Source: an uncultured Thermoproteaceae archaeon (GTDB taxonomy: Archaea > Thermoproteota > Thermoprotei > Thermoproteales > Thermocladiaceae). From it: a stretch of 64,000 nt of DNA. Within the stretch, counting starts at the first letter, position 1; the number at the start of each line of letters is the position of its first letter. The stretch lies in contig CAZNTG010000006.1 in NCBI GenBank assembly GCA_964575955.1, positions 256,001 through 320,000 of the forward strand, in the 5' to 3' direction. The position numbers and the translations under genes are program-made. The notes under the pieces are model-generated. The model did no database searches, was not told where the DNA came from, and worked only from the letters and a program-made list of their open reading frames with translations. Shown one piece after another: positions 1 to 9,757 of the stretch.

Positions 1-480
1 TATAAATGCTAATGCTCCAGCACCAAGACCAAGCCAATACTTCATACTTTCAGGAACATGGAAGTACATACCTACAGCATATGCAATATTATTACCGTGG
101 AATAGTAGTGTAGACCATATACAATAGTGGAATAGTATTAGACCAAACCAAAAACCTACAGATCTATATCCATAATTCTCCTTCAGTAATGTGTAGAATG
201 TGAACATTCTAACAAGTATCCAACCAAGAGCTTTCCAATAACTATGAACATTTGGATATAGTGTTAATCTGTATAGACCCCAGTAAAGTCCATTAGGACC
301 TTTAGGTGTTGCAGCCCATCTAGCAAGTCTATATATTATACCAACTATAAGTACCGCAGTTGCAAAATATGCAAATGCTACATATAGTGCACATATGAAT
401 ACTGCAGCTCCAAGAGGAACTTTAACACTCTCAACTATTTTCCAAGCAAGCTTCCAGTATATGCTGTATGTACTATCCAT
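1..480 (-). CDS. dsrM: DsrM / NarI-family membrane b-type cytochrome (5' part; runs off the window's left edge)
   Basis: Manual minus-strand translation from ATG at 480: MDSTYSIYWKLAWKIVESVKVPLGAAVFICALYVAFAYFATAVLIVGIIYRLARW...FWFGLILFHYCIWSTLLFHG... Hydrophobic helices and a two-His LFH...LFHG helix; directly downstream of dsrC. Not in the ORF track because it is truncated. Confidence 0.75.
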   Translation of the reverse strand, partial: MDSTYSIYWKLAWKIVESVKVPLGAAVFICALYVAFAYFATAVLIVGIIYRLARWAATPKGPNGLYWGLYRLTLYPNVHSYWKALGWILVRMFTFYTLLKENYGYRSVGFWFGLILFHYCIWSTLLFHGNNIAYAVGMYFHVPESMKYWLGLGAGALAFI

Positions 481-650
481 ACTCTCAAACTGATAGAAAC
501 TACTAGAATAATAAGTGTTAACTCTAGAAAAACATGAATAGAGAGTTGTAAGATTGAATGTTTTAAAAGTAATTTAGTTTAGAAAAGTAGTGTTTAACCT
601 AGTTTATAGATTAGAATGTCAAGTTGAGAAGAATGTTTTAAACAGGTTGA

Positions 651-1055
651 TTAGACACATCCAGTTGGCTTTGGTGCTCCAGCTACCTTACATGCACCTT
701 TTGCTGGTCCGTTTGGAAATAGTTCGTGAATTCTCTTTAGGTCTGTCTTAGTTTCTCTAACTAACATTCTTATTGGTGGACAAACTCCATATGTTACATA
801 GTACTCATGTAGATACTTAACAATCTTCCAATGCTCATCGGTCATTCTCTCTCCATACTTCTCAAACATTGTGAATAGGAACTCTGCAACAAACTCATCC
901 CATGCCTCTGGGTTCTGCAGGAATCTGTCTTCGTCAAGTATTATCTCCTTACCTGTTTTCTTAAGTCTAAGCTTTACCCATCCTGGTGGCAAGCTTGGGT
1001 CTTGTATAACCTCATATTCAAATTCTGGTGATGGAGGTTTTGGCAATTCTGCCAT
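651..1055 (-). CDS. dsrC: DsrC sulfur-relay protein
   Basis: HWKIVKYL...CPPIRMLV...LFPNGPAKGACKVAGAPKPTGCV; has both C-terminal Cys (C-X10-C) of true DsrC. Confidence 0.95.
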   Translation of the reverse strand: MAELPKPPSPEFEYEVIQDPSLPPGWVKLRLKKTGKEIILDEDRFLQNPEAWDEFVAEFLFTMFEKYGERMTDEHWKIVKYLHEYYVTYGVCPPIRMLVRETKTDLKRIHELFPNGPAKGACKVAGAPKPTGCV

Positions 1056-1072
1056 ACCTAATCTCCGTAATC

Positions 1073-1094
1073 AATAGATACATGAGTATCTATT
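1073..1094. promoter_or_regulatory. Palindromic operator candidate in the dsrC promoter
   Basis: AATAGATAC-ATGA-GTATCTATT: 9-bp perfect inverted repeat abutting a minus-strand TATA-like element upstream of dsrC. Confidence 0.5.
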
Positions 1095-1243
1095 AAGCTT
1101 TACCCTCTGTAACTTTATGAATAATTAATGAAGACTGTATGAAATTTTCAAATCTTGATGATATTTAAGTTTTCAAAGATTTGAGAATTATTAAAGTCTG
1201 TGAGAGATTTTTAAAATATTTATCGGAAAGTGTTGTTAAGGAG

Positions 1244-2644
1244 TTATGCAAGTCCTAAAGCTTTCTTTAGAGCTTCAACATATTTCCACTTCTGATCTCT
1301 TGGTATCATTGCGAATGGTATAGCATCTTTGTAGTATGGCTCTGGTGGTGGTTCTTTTCTAATTACTAGGTCAGGTGCTGGATGTTCTACAACTTCTTTA
1401 AGGAACTTCTCCCATGTGTTTCTAATTGATAAGTCTCCAACTCTCTCTCTAACGAATGCTGTATCTGCCCACTTTGCAACAATCTTCTTCTCGACAAGGT
1501 CTAGGAACCAGTTAATTACCTTCTTCTCATTCTCTGGTGTTACTCTTATGAATGGTATTAATACTGAGCCCATCTTTGGACCAACTCTACTCTTAATTGT
1601 TCCACCTATGAGTATTGTTACACCTCTAATTCTTCCAGGTAGTATTGCTGGGTTTGCTCTAATTATACAGTTCATACACTTTACACACTTTCTACCATCA
1701 CACTTCAATTCTAGTGATTGTTCATCCCATGTTAATGCTCCTGTTGGACATGATTCAACAATCTCTTTTGGATCTACCTCTCCTGTCTTAACCATCTTTC
1801 TAAACTCTTCCTGATCTATCTCAGGTGCTCCAAGCCATGTACCAATAACTATGTAGTCTGCACCTACTAAAGCCTTTATACAGTCTAGTGGACATCCCGA
1901 TAGTTTGAACTTTATCTTATATGGGAATTGTGGATATGTTTCCCAGTCTGGGAATCTCCTACCAATCTCACCCCACCATAGTATTGTATCATAACATGCG
2001 AATGGACAGGTTGCTGGTCCTGGACAGCATGTCCACATTCTAAGTACGTCTCCTGAACCTCCAACATCTGTTGGTGTTAGTAGTCTAATAGCCATTACTA
2101 GTCTCTCAACCTTTGCTTGGTCACTCATTATGATTGGCATTGCACCTGTACCACCTCTAAGCTGGAATATGCCCCATCCAAACTTGTCAGTTATCTCACA
2201 TATAGTTCTCATTAAGCTTGTAGACATTATACCTGCTGGTGGTGAGAGTACTCTAGCATGTACCTCATAGACCTTACCTGCATATAGTATACCCCACTCC
2301 TCATACTTCTTATACTCCTCAGGTGCTCCCTCTCTAATTATATGCTCAACAGTTGCGTGGAATACTCTACCTAGAAGTCCACAGTATACTCCAGGTACTG
2401 GAGATGCACCAGTATCCCATGGAGATCTACCAATAGCTACACCAATAGCCCATGCAAGTACTGGATAGAGAGACTTCTCAGCCTCCTTAACAAATGATGG
2501 CCATGGGCCCTTCTTCATCTCCTCAATAATCTGTCTAGCCTTCTCAACAGCCTTCTTAGGATCTTTCATCTCAGGCCATACCTCTTCAGGTGATGGTGCT
2601 GATCCTGTTGGATATCCAAACCTTGATTGAACCTTCCAAGACAT
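1244..2644 (-). CDS. dsrA: Dissimilatory sulfite reductase alpha subunit (archaeal type)
   Basis: KGPWPSFV, DVGGSG, siroheme motif CPGPATC (CX5C) and KFKLSGCPLDC (CX3C), ferredoxin CPTGAL...CVKCMNCI, RERVGD. Start moved to ATG 2644 based on TATA spacing. Confidence 0.93.
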   Translation of the reverse strand: MSWKVQSRFGYPTGSAPSPEEVWPEMKDPKKAVEKARQIIEEMKKGPWPSFVKEAEKSLYPVLAWAIGVAIGRSPWDTGASPVPGVYCGLLGRVFHATVEHIIREGAPEEYKKYEEWGILYAGKVYEVHARVLSPPAGIMSTSLMRTICEITDKFGWGIFQLRGGTGAMPIIMSDQAKVERLVMAIRLLTPTDVGGSGDVLRMWTCCPGPATCPFACYDTILWWGEIGRRFPDWETYPQFPYKIKFKLSGCPLDCIKALVGADYIVIGTWLGAPEIDQEEFRKMVKTGEVDPKEIVESCPTGALTWDEQSLELKCDGRKCVKCMNCIIRANPAILPGRIRGVTILIGGTIKSRVGPKMGSVLIPFIRVTPENEKKVINWFLDLVEKKIVAKWADTAFVRERVGDLSIRNTWEKFLKEVVEHPAPDLVIRKEPPPEPYYKDAIPFAMIPRDQKWKYVEALKKALGLA

Positions 2645-2668
2645 CTTAGTTATCAACTATTACCAATG

Positions 2669-2719
2669 CATTTATAAATAGCTATTCTACATCAGTTGTG
2701 AAATAGCTATTTATAAATG
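2669..2719. promoter_or_regulatory. Mirror-symmetric bidirectional promoter of dsrA/dsrB
   Basis: CATTTATAAATAGCTATT (2669-2686), 15-nt spacer, AATAGCTATTTATAAATG (2702-2719): perfect 18-bp inverted repeat. Each arm holds TTTATAAA, 26 and 23 nt from the ATGs at 2644 and 2741. Confidence 0.85.
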
Positions 2720-2740
2720 GATAACTTTAGGGTAAATTCA

Positions 2741-3991
2741 ATGACAACAACAGTGCAGTCAATACTTGACTGGCTTGCAACAGCACCACTAGACGAGCTT
2801 AGAAAACATCCACTACACCCTCAGAATAGACCAGAAAAACTTTGGAGATATTATCCACCACACTCATGGTTACCACCAATATGTTTGAGAAACTATGGTA
2901 AGTGGATTAAGAGAAGGATTATAGATCCAGGAATTATAGAAGTAACATCTAAGACAGGTGAAAAGCTATACCTTGTCAAGATTATCCTACCTGTAAGAGT
3001 TAGTACAAAGACAATGTACGAACTTCTAGATCTAGCAGATAAGTATGGTATTGGATGGATAGAAGCATCAAAGATGGGTAACCTAATAATAATGTGTGAT
3101 AGTGAGGAAAATGCAAGAGCATTAGCAAAAGAGTTGAGAGAGAAGGGATATCTAGTAGGTGGCTGGGGTAACAGACTCTGGAACATTAAGATATGTTCAA
3201 CATATATCACATGTACAACAGCAGTAATTGATGCTGTAACAGTAGAGAAAGCACTTGGAGATGTATTGATGGAATATACACAGAAAGAATTACCAGCAAA
3301 ACTCACAATTAAAGTATCAGCATGTCCAAATGCTTGTGGTGGAGGATTCGACGCTGCTGACATAGGAATTGTAGGATATCCAGCAAGTGTACCAATGATG
3401 GAAGGTTGGAGAATTAGAGTACTATGCCCACCAAGATCACTACTAGAAGCATGTCCAGTAGGAGACATAAAGATGCTTAAAGATGAGAAAGGAAGACCAA
3501 TAGGAGCAGAGATAAGAGGACAGACATGTATGGCATGTGGAAGATGTCACGACTTCTGTGACGCAATAATATACGATCCAAATGAGATTGGAGTGATGGT
3601 AATGGTTGGTGGTAAATGCGCAAACACAGGAGTAGGACCAGGAATGTCTAGAGTACTAGTACCATTCGTACCAGCAGAACCACCAAGATGGCCAACACTA
3701 GTAGCAGTAATTAAGAGAGTAGTAGATGTATGGGTATCAAATGCAAAGAAGGGTGAAAGACTAAGAGACTTCATAACGAGGATAGGATGGGACAAGTTTG
3801 TAGAATTAACAGGACTACCAAAACCAGAAGACTACATAAAGCCACTAGATAAAGCACCAGGATGGACAAGATATGGATGGCAACCACTATACCTCAGAAG
3901 AACAGATGAAAACAAGAGATACATTGGAACTAGAATTGATAATGATATGATGGCTATAAGTGCAGCACTATTCGAAGACATAATTAAGTAA
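2741..3991 (+). CDS. dsrB: Dissimilatory sulfite reductase beta subunit (archaeal type)
   Basis: LPPICLRNYGKW, ICSTYITC (CX5C), SACPNAC (CX3C), CMACGRCHDFC, VMVGGK, PAEPPRWP, KGERLRDFITRIGW. Start ATG 2741 is 23 nt from TATA. Confidence 0.93.
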   Translation: MTTTVQSILDWLATAPLDELRKHPLHPQNRPEKLWRYYPPHSWLPPICLRNYGKWIKRRIIDPGIIEVTSKTGEKLYLVKIILPVRVSTKTMYELLDLADKYGIGWIEASKMGNLIIMCDSEENARALAKELREKGYLVGGWGNRLWNIKICSTYITCTTAVIDAVTVEKALGDVLMEYTQKELPAKLTIKVSACPNACGGGFDAADIGIVGYPASVPMMEGWRIRVLCPPRSLLEACPVGDIKMLKDEKGRPIGAEIRGQTCMACGRCHDFCDAIIYDPNEIGVMVMVGGKCANTGVGPGMSRVLVPFVPAEPPRWPTLVAVIKRVVDVWVSNAKKGERLRDFITRIGWDKFVELTGLPKPEDYIKPLDKAPGWTRYGWQPLYLRRTDENKRYIGTRIDNDMMAISAALFEDIIK

Positions 3992-4004
3992 GATCTAGAT
4001 ATAA

Positions 4005-4763
4005 CTATAATTCACAAATCTCAATATTTCTATCTCTAAACTTCTTAATTCTATACTTAATCTCTTCAATAGTATTTGTACAGAGATCCATAACATCAAT
4101 CTCATCCTTACCATTATACAGAAGTATCACAGCTTTAGACTTACTACCAGCAATAATTGAAAGCATTCTCAATGTAAATATTACAAAGAAATCATTAAAA
4201 GACTTTATGATAAGTCTCTCACAGTTTTTAACAATTTCAGGATCAACACCTAAAATTTTTGATATAAGTTCTACAAGTGATCTACTGTGTACAGTGTCTG
4301 CAAGTAGGTAGTACATCAGTGGTGTAAATATGTACTTTGCGGTATTTCTAAACTCATCAATATTATCAAGTTGTGATATCGTTATTCCAATTCTTTTTAA
4401 ACTCCTCGCAAACACTATCAGGTATGAGCATAATTCTTCGAATTTAGAATCTACTCTCCATATAAGCTTAATCTTATTTATAAGATATGGTGAATCTTCA
4501 ACATTTTGAGCAATACATTGAAGAAGTCCTTTAACGGTAATTCTGTGAGTATGTAGTGAATCTGACTTTAGAAAACCTAGATCGAGAAGTTTCTTAGCTT
4601 TCTTATAGGTAGTGCTAACTGCAAATCCTGCAAGCATAGAAGCTTTATATAGAGAAATACTACCATAGTAAGAATATACTCGCAAGATTGATAATTCTAT
4701 ATCATCAAGATGTCTATCAATAACTTCTGAAAGTCTTGTTACTAGCTCTTGTAGAATATCCAT
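4005..4763 (-). CDS. Hypothetical protein with N-terminal winged-HTH (putative regulator)
   Basis: ISLYKASMLAGFAVSTTYKKAKKLLDLGFL...ITVKG wHTH pattern. Confidence 0.6.
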   Translation of the reverse strand: MDILQELVTRLSEVIDRHLDDIELSILRVYSYYGSISLYKASMLAGFAVSTTYKKAKKLLDLGFLKSDSLHTHRITVKGLLQCIAQNVEDSPYLINKIKLIWRVDSKFEELCSYLIVFARSLKRIGITISQLDNIDEFRNTAKYIFTPLMYYLLADTVHSRSLVELISKILGVDPEIVKNCERLIIKSFNDFFVIFTLRMLSIIAGSKSKAVILLYNGKDEIDVMDLCTNTIEEIKYRIKKFRDRNIEICEL

Positions 4764-4788
4764 ACAATTATATACTTTATTAAGAGAC

Positions 4789-6198
4789 TTAATTTGATGA
4801 CCCTAGCAACTTGACATTAACAATATAATTAACTATGTGATAAATATGATTGTAAGAGCTAGGATGTATATGAGTATACTGTGCATATGTGTTATATTTT
4901 AGAAGTCCATCTCTACCATCACCAATACCCCTACCTCTATACAACTTTAAACAAATTTTAACATCTCTATCCTTTAGATATATCTTACTATGATGAAATT
5001 CGTGACCTCTAAATATCTTACCAGGAGAGCCTATTGGAATTCTATCAACAATTTCGGCAAGAACATAACCATGACCAACAGGTCTATTAAGCATGTATGT
5101 ACATGCTTCAAATATCTTACACATATCATAACAATCACCACCATACACAATGCAGTCTGTTAAAAACATTAGACCACCACATTCAGCATATATAAAACCA
5201 CCTTTCTCATAAAATTTATACACACTTTTCAAAAATGGTTTATTAGAACTTATATACTCAGCCCAAACTTCAGGAAAACCACCACCTATAACTAGAAGGT
5301 CTACGTCTGTAGGTATTGATGTATTTTCCATAGAGTCTAAAATATACATCTTATTTGAATAGTTTATACAAAGTTCGATAACTTCAGGATAGTAAAATGT
5401 GAATGATTTATCAATTATAATACCAATATTTATCTTCCTTAAAACATTTTCAAAAATCTCAAATTCTCCAATACATCTTAATGTCTCTGCTTCTCTAGCT
5501 ATCTTAACTATCTTATCAATATCTATGAAATCTATAACTTTTTTCAAACTATCATATATTAGATCTCTAGTACCACTTTCAAGTGTTGGTACTAGTCCTA
5601 GATGTCTATACTTGAATAATTCTTCTAACTTACTACTCTTAGGTATGTATCCCAGTATTTCAATATCTTTGAAACTTTTCTCAATTATCTTCTCAATTTT
5701 TCTATATTGAGATTCTTTTACGATATTTGTAATTACTACACCTCTAATATTCATCTTTCCATAATCTTTAAAACCTTTAACTATTGCTGCTATTGATTTA
5801 TTTATTCTTTCTGAGTCTATTACAAGTATTATTGGTGTTTTTAATATTCTTGCTATAATTTCTGTTTCTCCAATCTGTGTTTCTATGTCAGGACTATCAT
5901 ATATTCCAAATACACCTTCTATTAATGCTATATCACTATCTTTTGAATATGTTATAAATCTATTAATAATTTTTTGTGGATTTTGAAGATATGGATCTAA
6001 ATTTCTACACGGTCTTGATGTTATTGTTGAGTGGTATGTTGGATCTATGAAATCTGGACCAATTTTAAATGTCTGTACTTTCAATCCGTACTTCGATATT
6101 AATGCTAGTGCTATTGTTAATGTTGTAATTGTCTTACCTGTCTTACCTCTAGGTGCTGTGATTAGTAGTCTAGGAATGTCTACATCAAGTAGTTTCAT
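4789..6198 (-). CDS. dsrN: Cobyrinate a,c-diamide synthase family; probably DsrN siroheme amidase
   Basis: GKT P-loop, FKIGPDFIDP, EGVFG, RHLGL, GGGFPE, AECGGLM, GHEFH, YTHIH. Adjacent to dsrAB; could instead be cbiA. Confidence 0.75.
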   Translation of the reverse strand: MKLLDVDIPRLLITAPRGKTGKTITTLTIALALISKYGLKVQTFKIGPDFIDPTYHSTITSRPCRNLDPYLQNPQKIINRFITYSKDSDIALIEGVFGIYDSPDIETQIGETEIIARILKTPIILVIDSERINKSIAAIVKGFKDYGKMNIRGVVITNIVKESQYRKIEKIIEKSFKDIEILGYIPKSSKLEELFKYRHLGLVPTLESGTRDLIYDSLKKVIDFIDIDKIVKIAREAETLRCIGEFEIFENVLRKINIGIIIDKSFTFYYPEVIELCINYSNKMYILDSMENTSIPTDVDLLVIGGGFPEVWAEYISSNKPFLKSVYKFYEKGGFIYAECGGLMFLTDCIVYGGDCYDMCKIFEACTYMLNRPVGHGYVLAEIVDRIPIGSPGKIFRGHEFHHSKIYLKDRDVKICLKLYRGRGIGDGRDGLLKYNTYAQYTHIHPSSYNHIYHIVNYIVNVKLLGSSN

Positions 6199-6254
6199 AT
6201 ATTGTTAATGTTTGGAGAAGTTTAAATAGGAGTATTGTCTTGACGGTTAGAAAG

Positions 6255-6833
6255 ATGAGTGAGGTTATTCATTGGCCTGGTAGAAATCCACCACAGGTAG
6301 ATGAGGTAGTTGTTGATGCATCAGGATGTGTAGCTGGTAGATTAGCATCTGTCGTAGCTAAGCTAGCTTTAGAAGGTAGGAGAGTTGTCGTTGTTAATGC
6401 TGAGAAGGCTATAATTACAGGAGATTTCAACATGATATTAAACTGGTATAAGAAGAAGATTACTGAATGGAGAACTCACTACAATCCTGAGAAGGTTGGT
6501 CCTAAGATTCCTAGAAGACCTGATAGAATACTTAAGAGAATTATTCGTGGTATGCTTCCTAGGAAGTATTGGAGAGGTAGGAAAGCATTGAAGAGAATTA
6601 GAGTATATATGGGTATTCCACCAGACTACATCAATAAGCCTAGGATAGTGTTTGAAGAGACTGTCTATAGACCAAGACCTGGTGCTAAGTATGTAACACT
6701 TGAAGAAATTTGGAAACATTTAGAACCTCATAAGTGGGAGATGTGGAAGAAGGCTCAAGAAGTTTGGGAGAGATGGTTAAAGTATAAGTTAGAGAAGCAG
6801 AAAGCTAGTAAGGTAGAGTCACAATCTCGGTAA
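6255..6833 (+). CDS. rpl13: 50S ribosomal protein L13
   Basis: VVDASGCVAGRLAS, NAEKAIITG, PRRPDRILKRIIRGMLP. Confidence 0.97.
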   Translation: MSEVIHWPGRNPPQVDEVVVDASGCVAGRLASVVAKLALEGRRVVVVNAEKAIITGDFNMILNWYKKKITEWRTHYNPEKVGPKIPRRPDRILKRIIRGMLPRKYWRGRKALKRIRVYMGIPPDYINKPRIVFEETVYRPRPGAKYVTLEEIWKHLEPHKWEMWKKAQEVWERWLKYKLEKQKASKVESQSR

Positions 6834-6871
6834 AAGCTTTTAAAATTCTTCAAAAATAGTAACAGACCATA

Positions 6872-7348
6872 ATGTCTACTGAACAGGAAGTTGTTAAGAA
6901 ACTTCCAAGAGAGATTCCTGGAGTTGAAGTTAGAGTTGAGAAGGAGTATAAGGTAGTTATTTCTGTAGGTAAGAAGAAGACTGCAATAGCTAGAGCAATA
7001 ATAAGACCTGGAATTGGACGTGTAAAGATTAATGGTGTACCTGTAGAGATTTGGCCTATAGAGATGGCTAGATTGAAAATGATGGAACCACTAATACTTG
7101 CAGGTAGGAATTTAGTATCTAAAGTTGATATTGATGTAAATGTTAGAGGTGGAGGTGTGATGGGACAAGCATCTGCTGTTAGAATGGCCATAGCTAGAGG
7201 TCTTGTAGCATATTTTGAAAGCCCTGAACTTCTAGAACTATACATGAAGTATGACCCATCAATGATTAAGGGTGATCCAAGAAGAACAGAACCTAAGAAG
7301 CCAGGTATTAAACATGCAAGATCTAAAAGACAGAAGGCATATAGATAA
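6872..7348 (+). CDS. rps9: 30S ribosomal protein S9
   Basis: GKKKTAIARA, GGGVMGQA, DPRRTEPKKPG...ARSKRQKAYR. Confidence 0.98.
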   Translation: MSTEQEVVKKLPREIPGVEVRVEKEYKVVISVGKKKTAIARAIIRPGIGRVKINGVPVEIWPIEMARLKMMEPLILAGRNLVSKVDIDVNVRGGGVMGQASAVRMAIARGLVAYFESPELLELYMKYDPSMIKGDPRRTEPKKPGIKHARSKRQKAYR

Positions 7349-7395
7349 AAGAGACAACATTTATAACCACAATAACATAGTGGTAGTGACTCGAT

Positions 7396-7983
7396 ATGGG
7401 TGATCCTAAGAAGCCTAGAAAGAAGTGGATTGAAGGTAAACCAATGAAACTATGGAATAAGCAGCTACTAATGGAGGAACTTCAACTAGTAGGTGAGTAT
7501 GGTCTTAGAAATAAGAGAGAACTATGGTTAGCAATGACAATATTGAAGAAGATTAAGAGACGTGCAAGAAACATGCTAGCAATGCCACCTGAAGAGAGAG
7601 CTAAAGTTGAAGGTGAGTTTAAGATGAAACTATACAAGATGGGATATATACCAGATCCAGACGTACCACTAGACTACATACTAGGACTAGATGTACGTGC
7701 AATACTAGAGAGAAGACTACAAACGTTAGTATATAGGAAAGGACTTGCAAGAAGTATACATGAGGCAAGACAACTAATAGTACATAGACACATAGCAGTA
7801 GATGGCAGAGTAGTAAACGCACCAGGATTTTTAGTACCTAGAGATTTAGAAGATAAGATAAGCTATGCACCAACAAGCCCATACTATTGGAGATTTATAA
7901 AAGGAGAACCAGTATTCGGACCAGGACAACCAGCACCAATACAGGTACAATTAGGAATTTTAAAAACAGAACTAACAACCTAA
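7396..7983 (+). CDS. rps4: 30S ribosomal protein S4
   Basis: MGDPKKPRKKW, YGLRNKRELW, LERRLQT, ARQLIVHRHI. Confidence 0.98.
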   Translation: MGDPKKPRKKWIEGKPMKLWNKQLLMEELQLVGEYGLRNKRELWLAMTILKKIKRRARNMLAMPPEERAKVEGEFKMKLYKMGYIPDPDVPLDYILGLDVRAILERRLQTLVYRKGLARSIHEARQLIVHRHIAVDGRVVNAPGFLVPRDLEDKISYAPTSPYYWRFIKGEPVFGPGQPAPIQVQLGILKTELTT

Positions 7984-9705
7984 CTAACCACCAACAACCT
8001 TTCTAAACAACAGCACAGCATCACCAATATCAAGCCTACCATTATGATTTAAATCACATGGAACATTACTACGGTATAGACCAACAAGAATCTCTAACAA
8101 CAACTTAACATCGTTAAGATCAAGCTTACTATTATGATCAAAATCGCACTCCAGGACAGTAACCTTATGGAACTGTATATGTACAAGATATGTTGAATGT
8201 ATAGCATGGATATCTCTACCAATAACGACAAGCTTCAAACTTCCACTACCGACATATATATGAGACATGTTTTCTAACCTCACAAAACTACCATTGATAT
8301 AGGCGTAAAGTAGAACATCATTCTTAGAAGGAGTACATTCTTCATAACTGTAATCTGCATAGCCAACTTTTTCATATTTAAAACATCTCAAAACACTATA
8401 CTTAACAACGTACATACCCGCACCATCTAGATTAACAGTGTAGTAATTAGCAGCTCTAGAAGAAATATTTACATAGAAGTCTGAACCTTCAACATTAAAC
8501 GAAGGCTTGTATCTTCTTATAGGTTTAAATCCATTAGCCATATCTACATAGGCAGAATATAGTGCAGAAAGTACAGACCTCTCATAGAACGGTGTAGCAT
8601 TAGTATACAACATATACATGGTTTCAGAATTAAGTCCATAGATATCAAATATATACCACACCAACGGTGCATACAGATACGAATAGTCGTACACTTCTGA
8701 GGAACAATAATCATAACATTCTGAAGGATATCTCCCACTGTTTATACACGCCTTATAGCAATTAACAAACTTCGCATATATAAACCAGGCTGGATCTGTA
8801 ACATACATATGATAATACTCCAGATAATCCTGAGACCACCCTTGTAATCCTGGAAATATTGTATGATTCCATACGAAGTATGGTGCAGCAACAGCTCCAC
8901 CTTCAATTAGCCATAAATTATTTAATCCATAATACTGATAATCTAGATACTTATTACTCTTTACATAATAGTCCTGAGCCACATGAAATAGCTCGTGCGT
9001 TATAGTCTCCTTGAGTTGATCCAGTGGATTGTAGCTTATCTGTGTTGTGTTTATTCCTATGCGGTCTATACACACTTTAGTAATCCTTTCAGTAGTTGGG
9101 TAATAATAATATACGTAGTATGTTATCCCGAGTGTTGAACCTCCTAAGTAATGTATCACTATTACGTACTTGTTTCCTATGCATGGTGGTGCTAGTTTTA
9201 TTCCATGTGAGGTGTACCATCTATATGCGTAGTATGCATATTTTGCTAAGTCTTGTATTGTATATCCTTTTGGTTCTTCAATTGCTGCTACTATGAATGG
9301 TCCAATCTGGTATATGTCTGTTTCAACGTTTTTAACAGCAACAATCTCTAGTACAAGTTTGTTACTTGAGTAAGATTCTGCGGATACTACAAGTCTGTAT
9401 AGGCTAGGTCTAGGTATCGATAAGTTTATTAATATTGTCTTCTCCTCATAAGGGCTTAATGTAATCTGTAATGTTTCACTCTGTGCTATTATACTTCTTA
9501 AGACATCTTTCAATACTATGTCTAGTGTTGTTGTTATGTATGTGTCTTCTGTGTTTTGTATTGTTATTGGTATCTGTACATTTCCAATATTCTCGATATA
9601 TATTGTCTTTTCTGATTTTAATACTATGTATGCACTTGCTGTTAATGTTATGGTTAGTGTAAGTATTATGGATATTATCAATATGTAGTGTATAATGTTC
9701 TTCAT
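7984..9705 (-). CDS. Secreted putative zinc metallopeptidase with C-terminal dockerin-like domain
   Basis: Signal peptide MKNIIHYILIISIILTLTITLTASA; Ig-like N-region; TITHELFHVAQ (HEXXH) and WLIEGGA; duplicated Ca-loop CDFDHNSKLDLNDV / CDLNHNGRLDIGDA. Confidence 0.75.
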   Translation of the reverse strand: MKNIIHYILIISIILTLTITLTASAYIVLKSEKTIYIENIGNVQIPITIQNTEDTYITTTLDIVLKDVLRSIIAQSETLQITLSPYEEKTILINLSIPRPSLYRLVVSAESYSSNKLVLEIVAVKNVETDIYQIGPFIVAAIEEPKGYTIQDLAKYAYYAYRWYTSHGIKLAPPCIGNKYVIVIHYLGGSTLGITYYVYYYYPTTERITKVCIDRIGINTTQISYNPLDQLKETITHELFHVAQDYYVKSNKYLDYQYYGLNNLWLIEGGAVAAPYFVWNHTIFPGLQGWSQDYLEYYHMYVTDPAWFIYAKFVNCYKACINSGRYPSECYDYCSSEVYDYSYLYAPLVWYIFDIYGLNSETMYMLYTNATPFYERSVLSALYSAYVDMANGFKPIRRYKPSFNVEGSDFYVNISSRAANYYTVNLDGAGMYVVKYSVLRCFKYEKVGYADYSYEECTPSKNDVLLYAYINGSFVRLENMSHIYVGSGSLKLVVIGRDIHAIHSTYLVHIQFHKVTVLECDFDHNSKLDLNDVKLLLEILVGLYRSNVPCDLNHNGRLDIGDAVLLFRKVVGG

Positions 9706-9757
9706 GGGAGGTCTATTCTCAGAAATATTTTTAAGTGTTGTCAATGTGACTACATGT

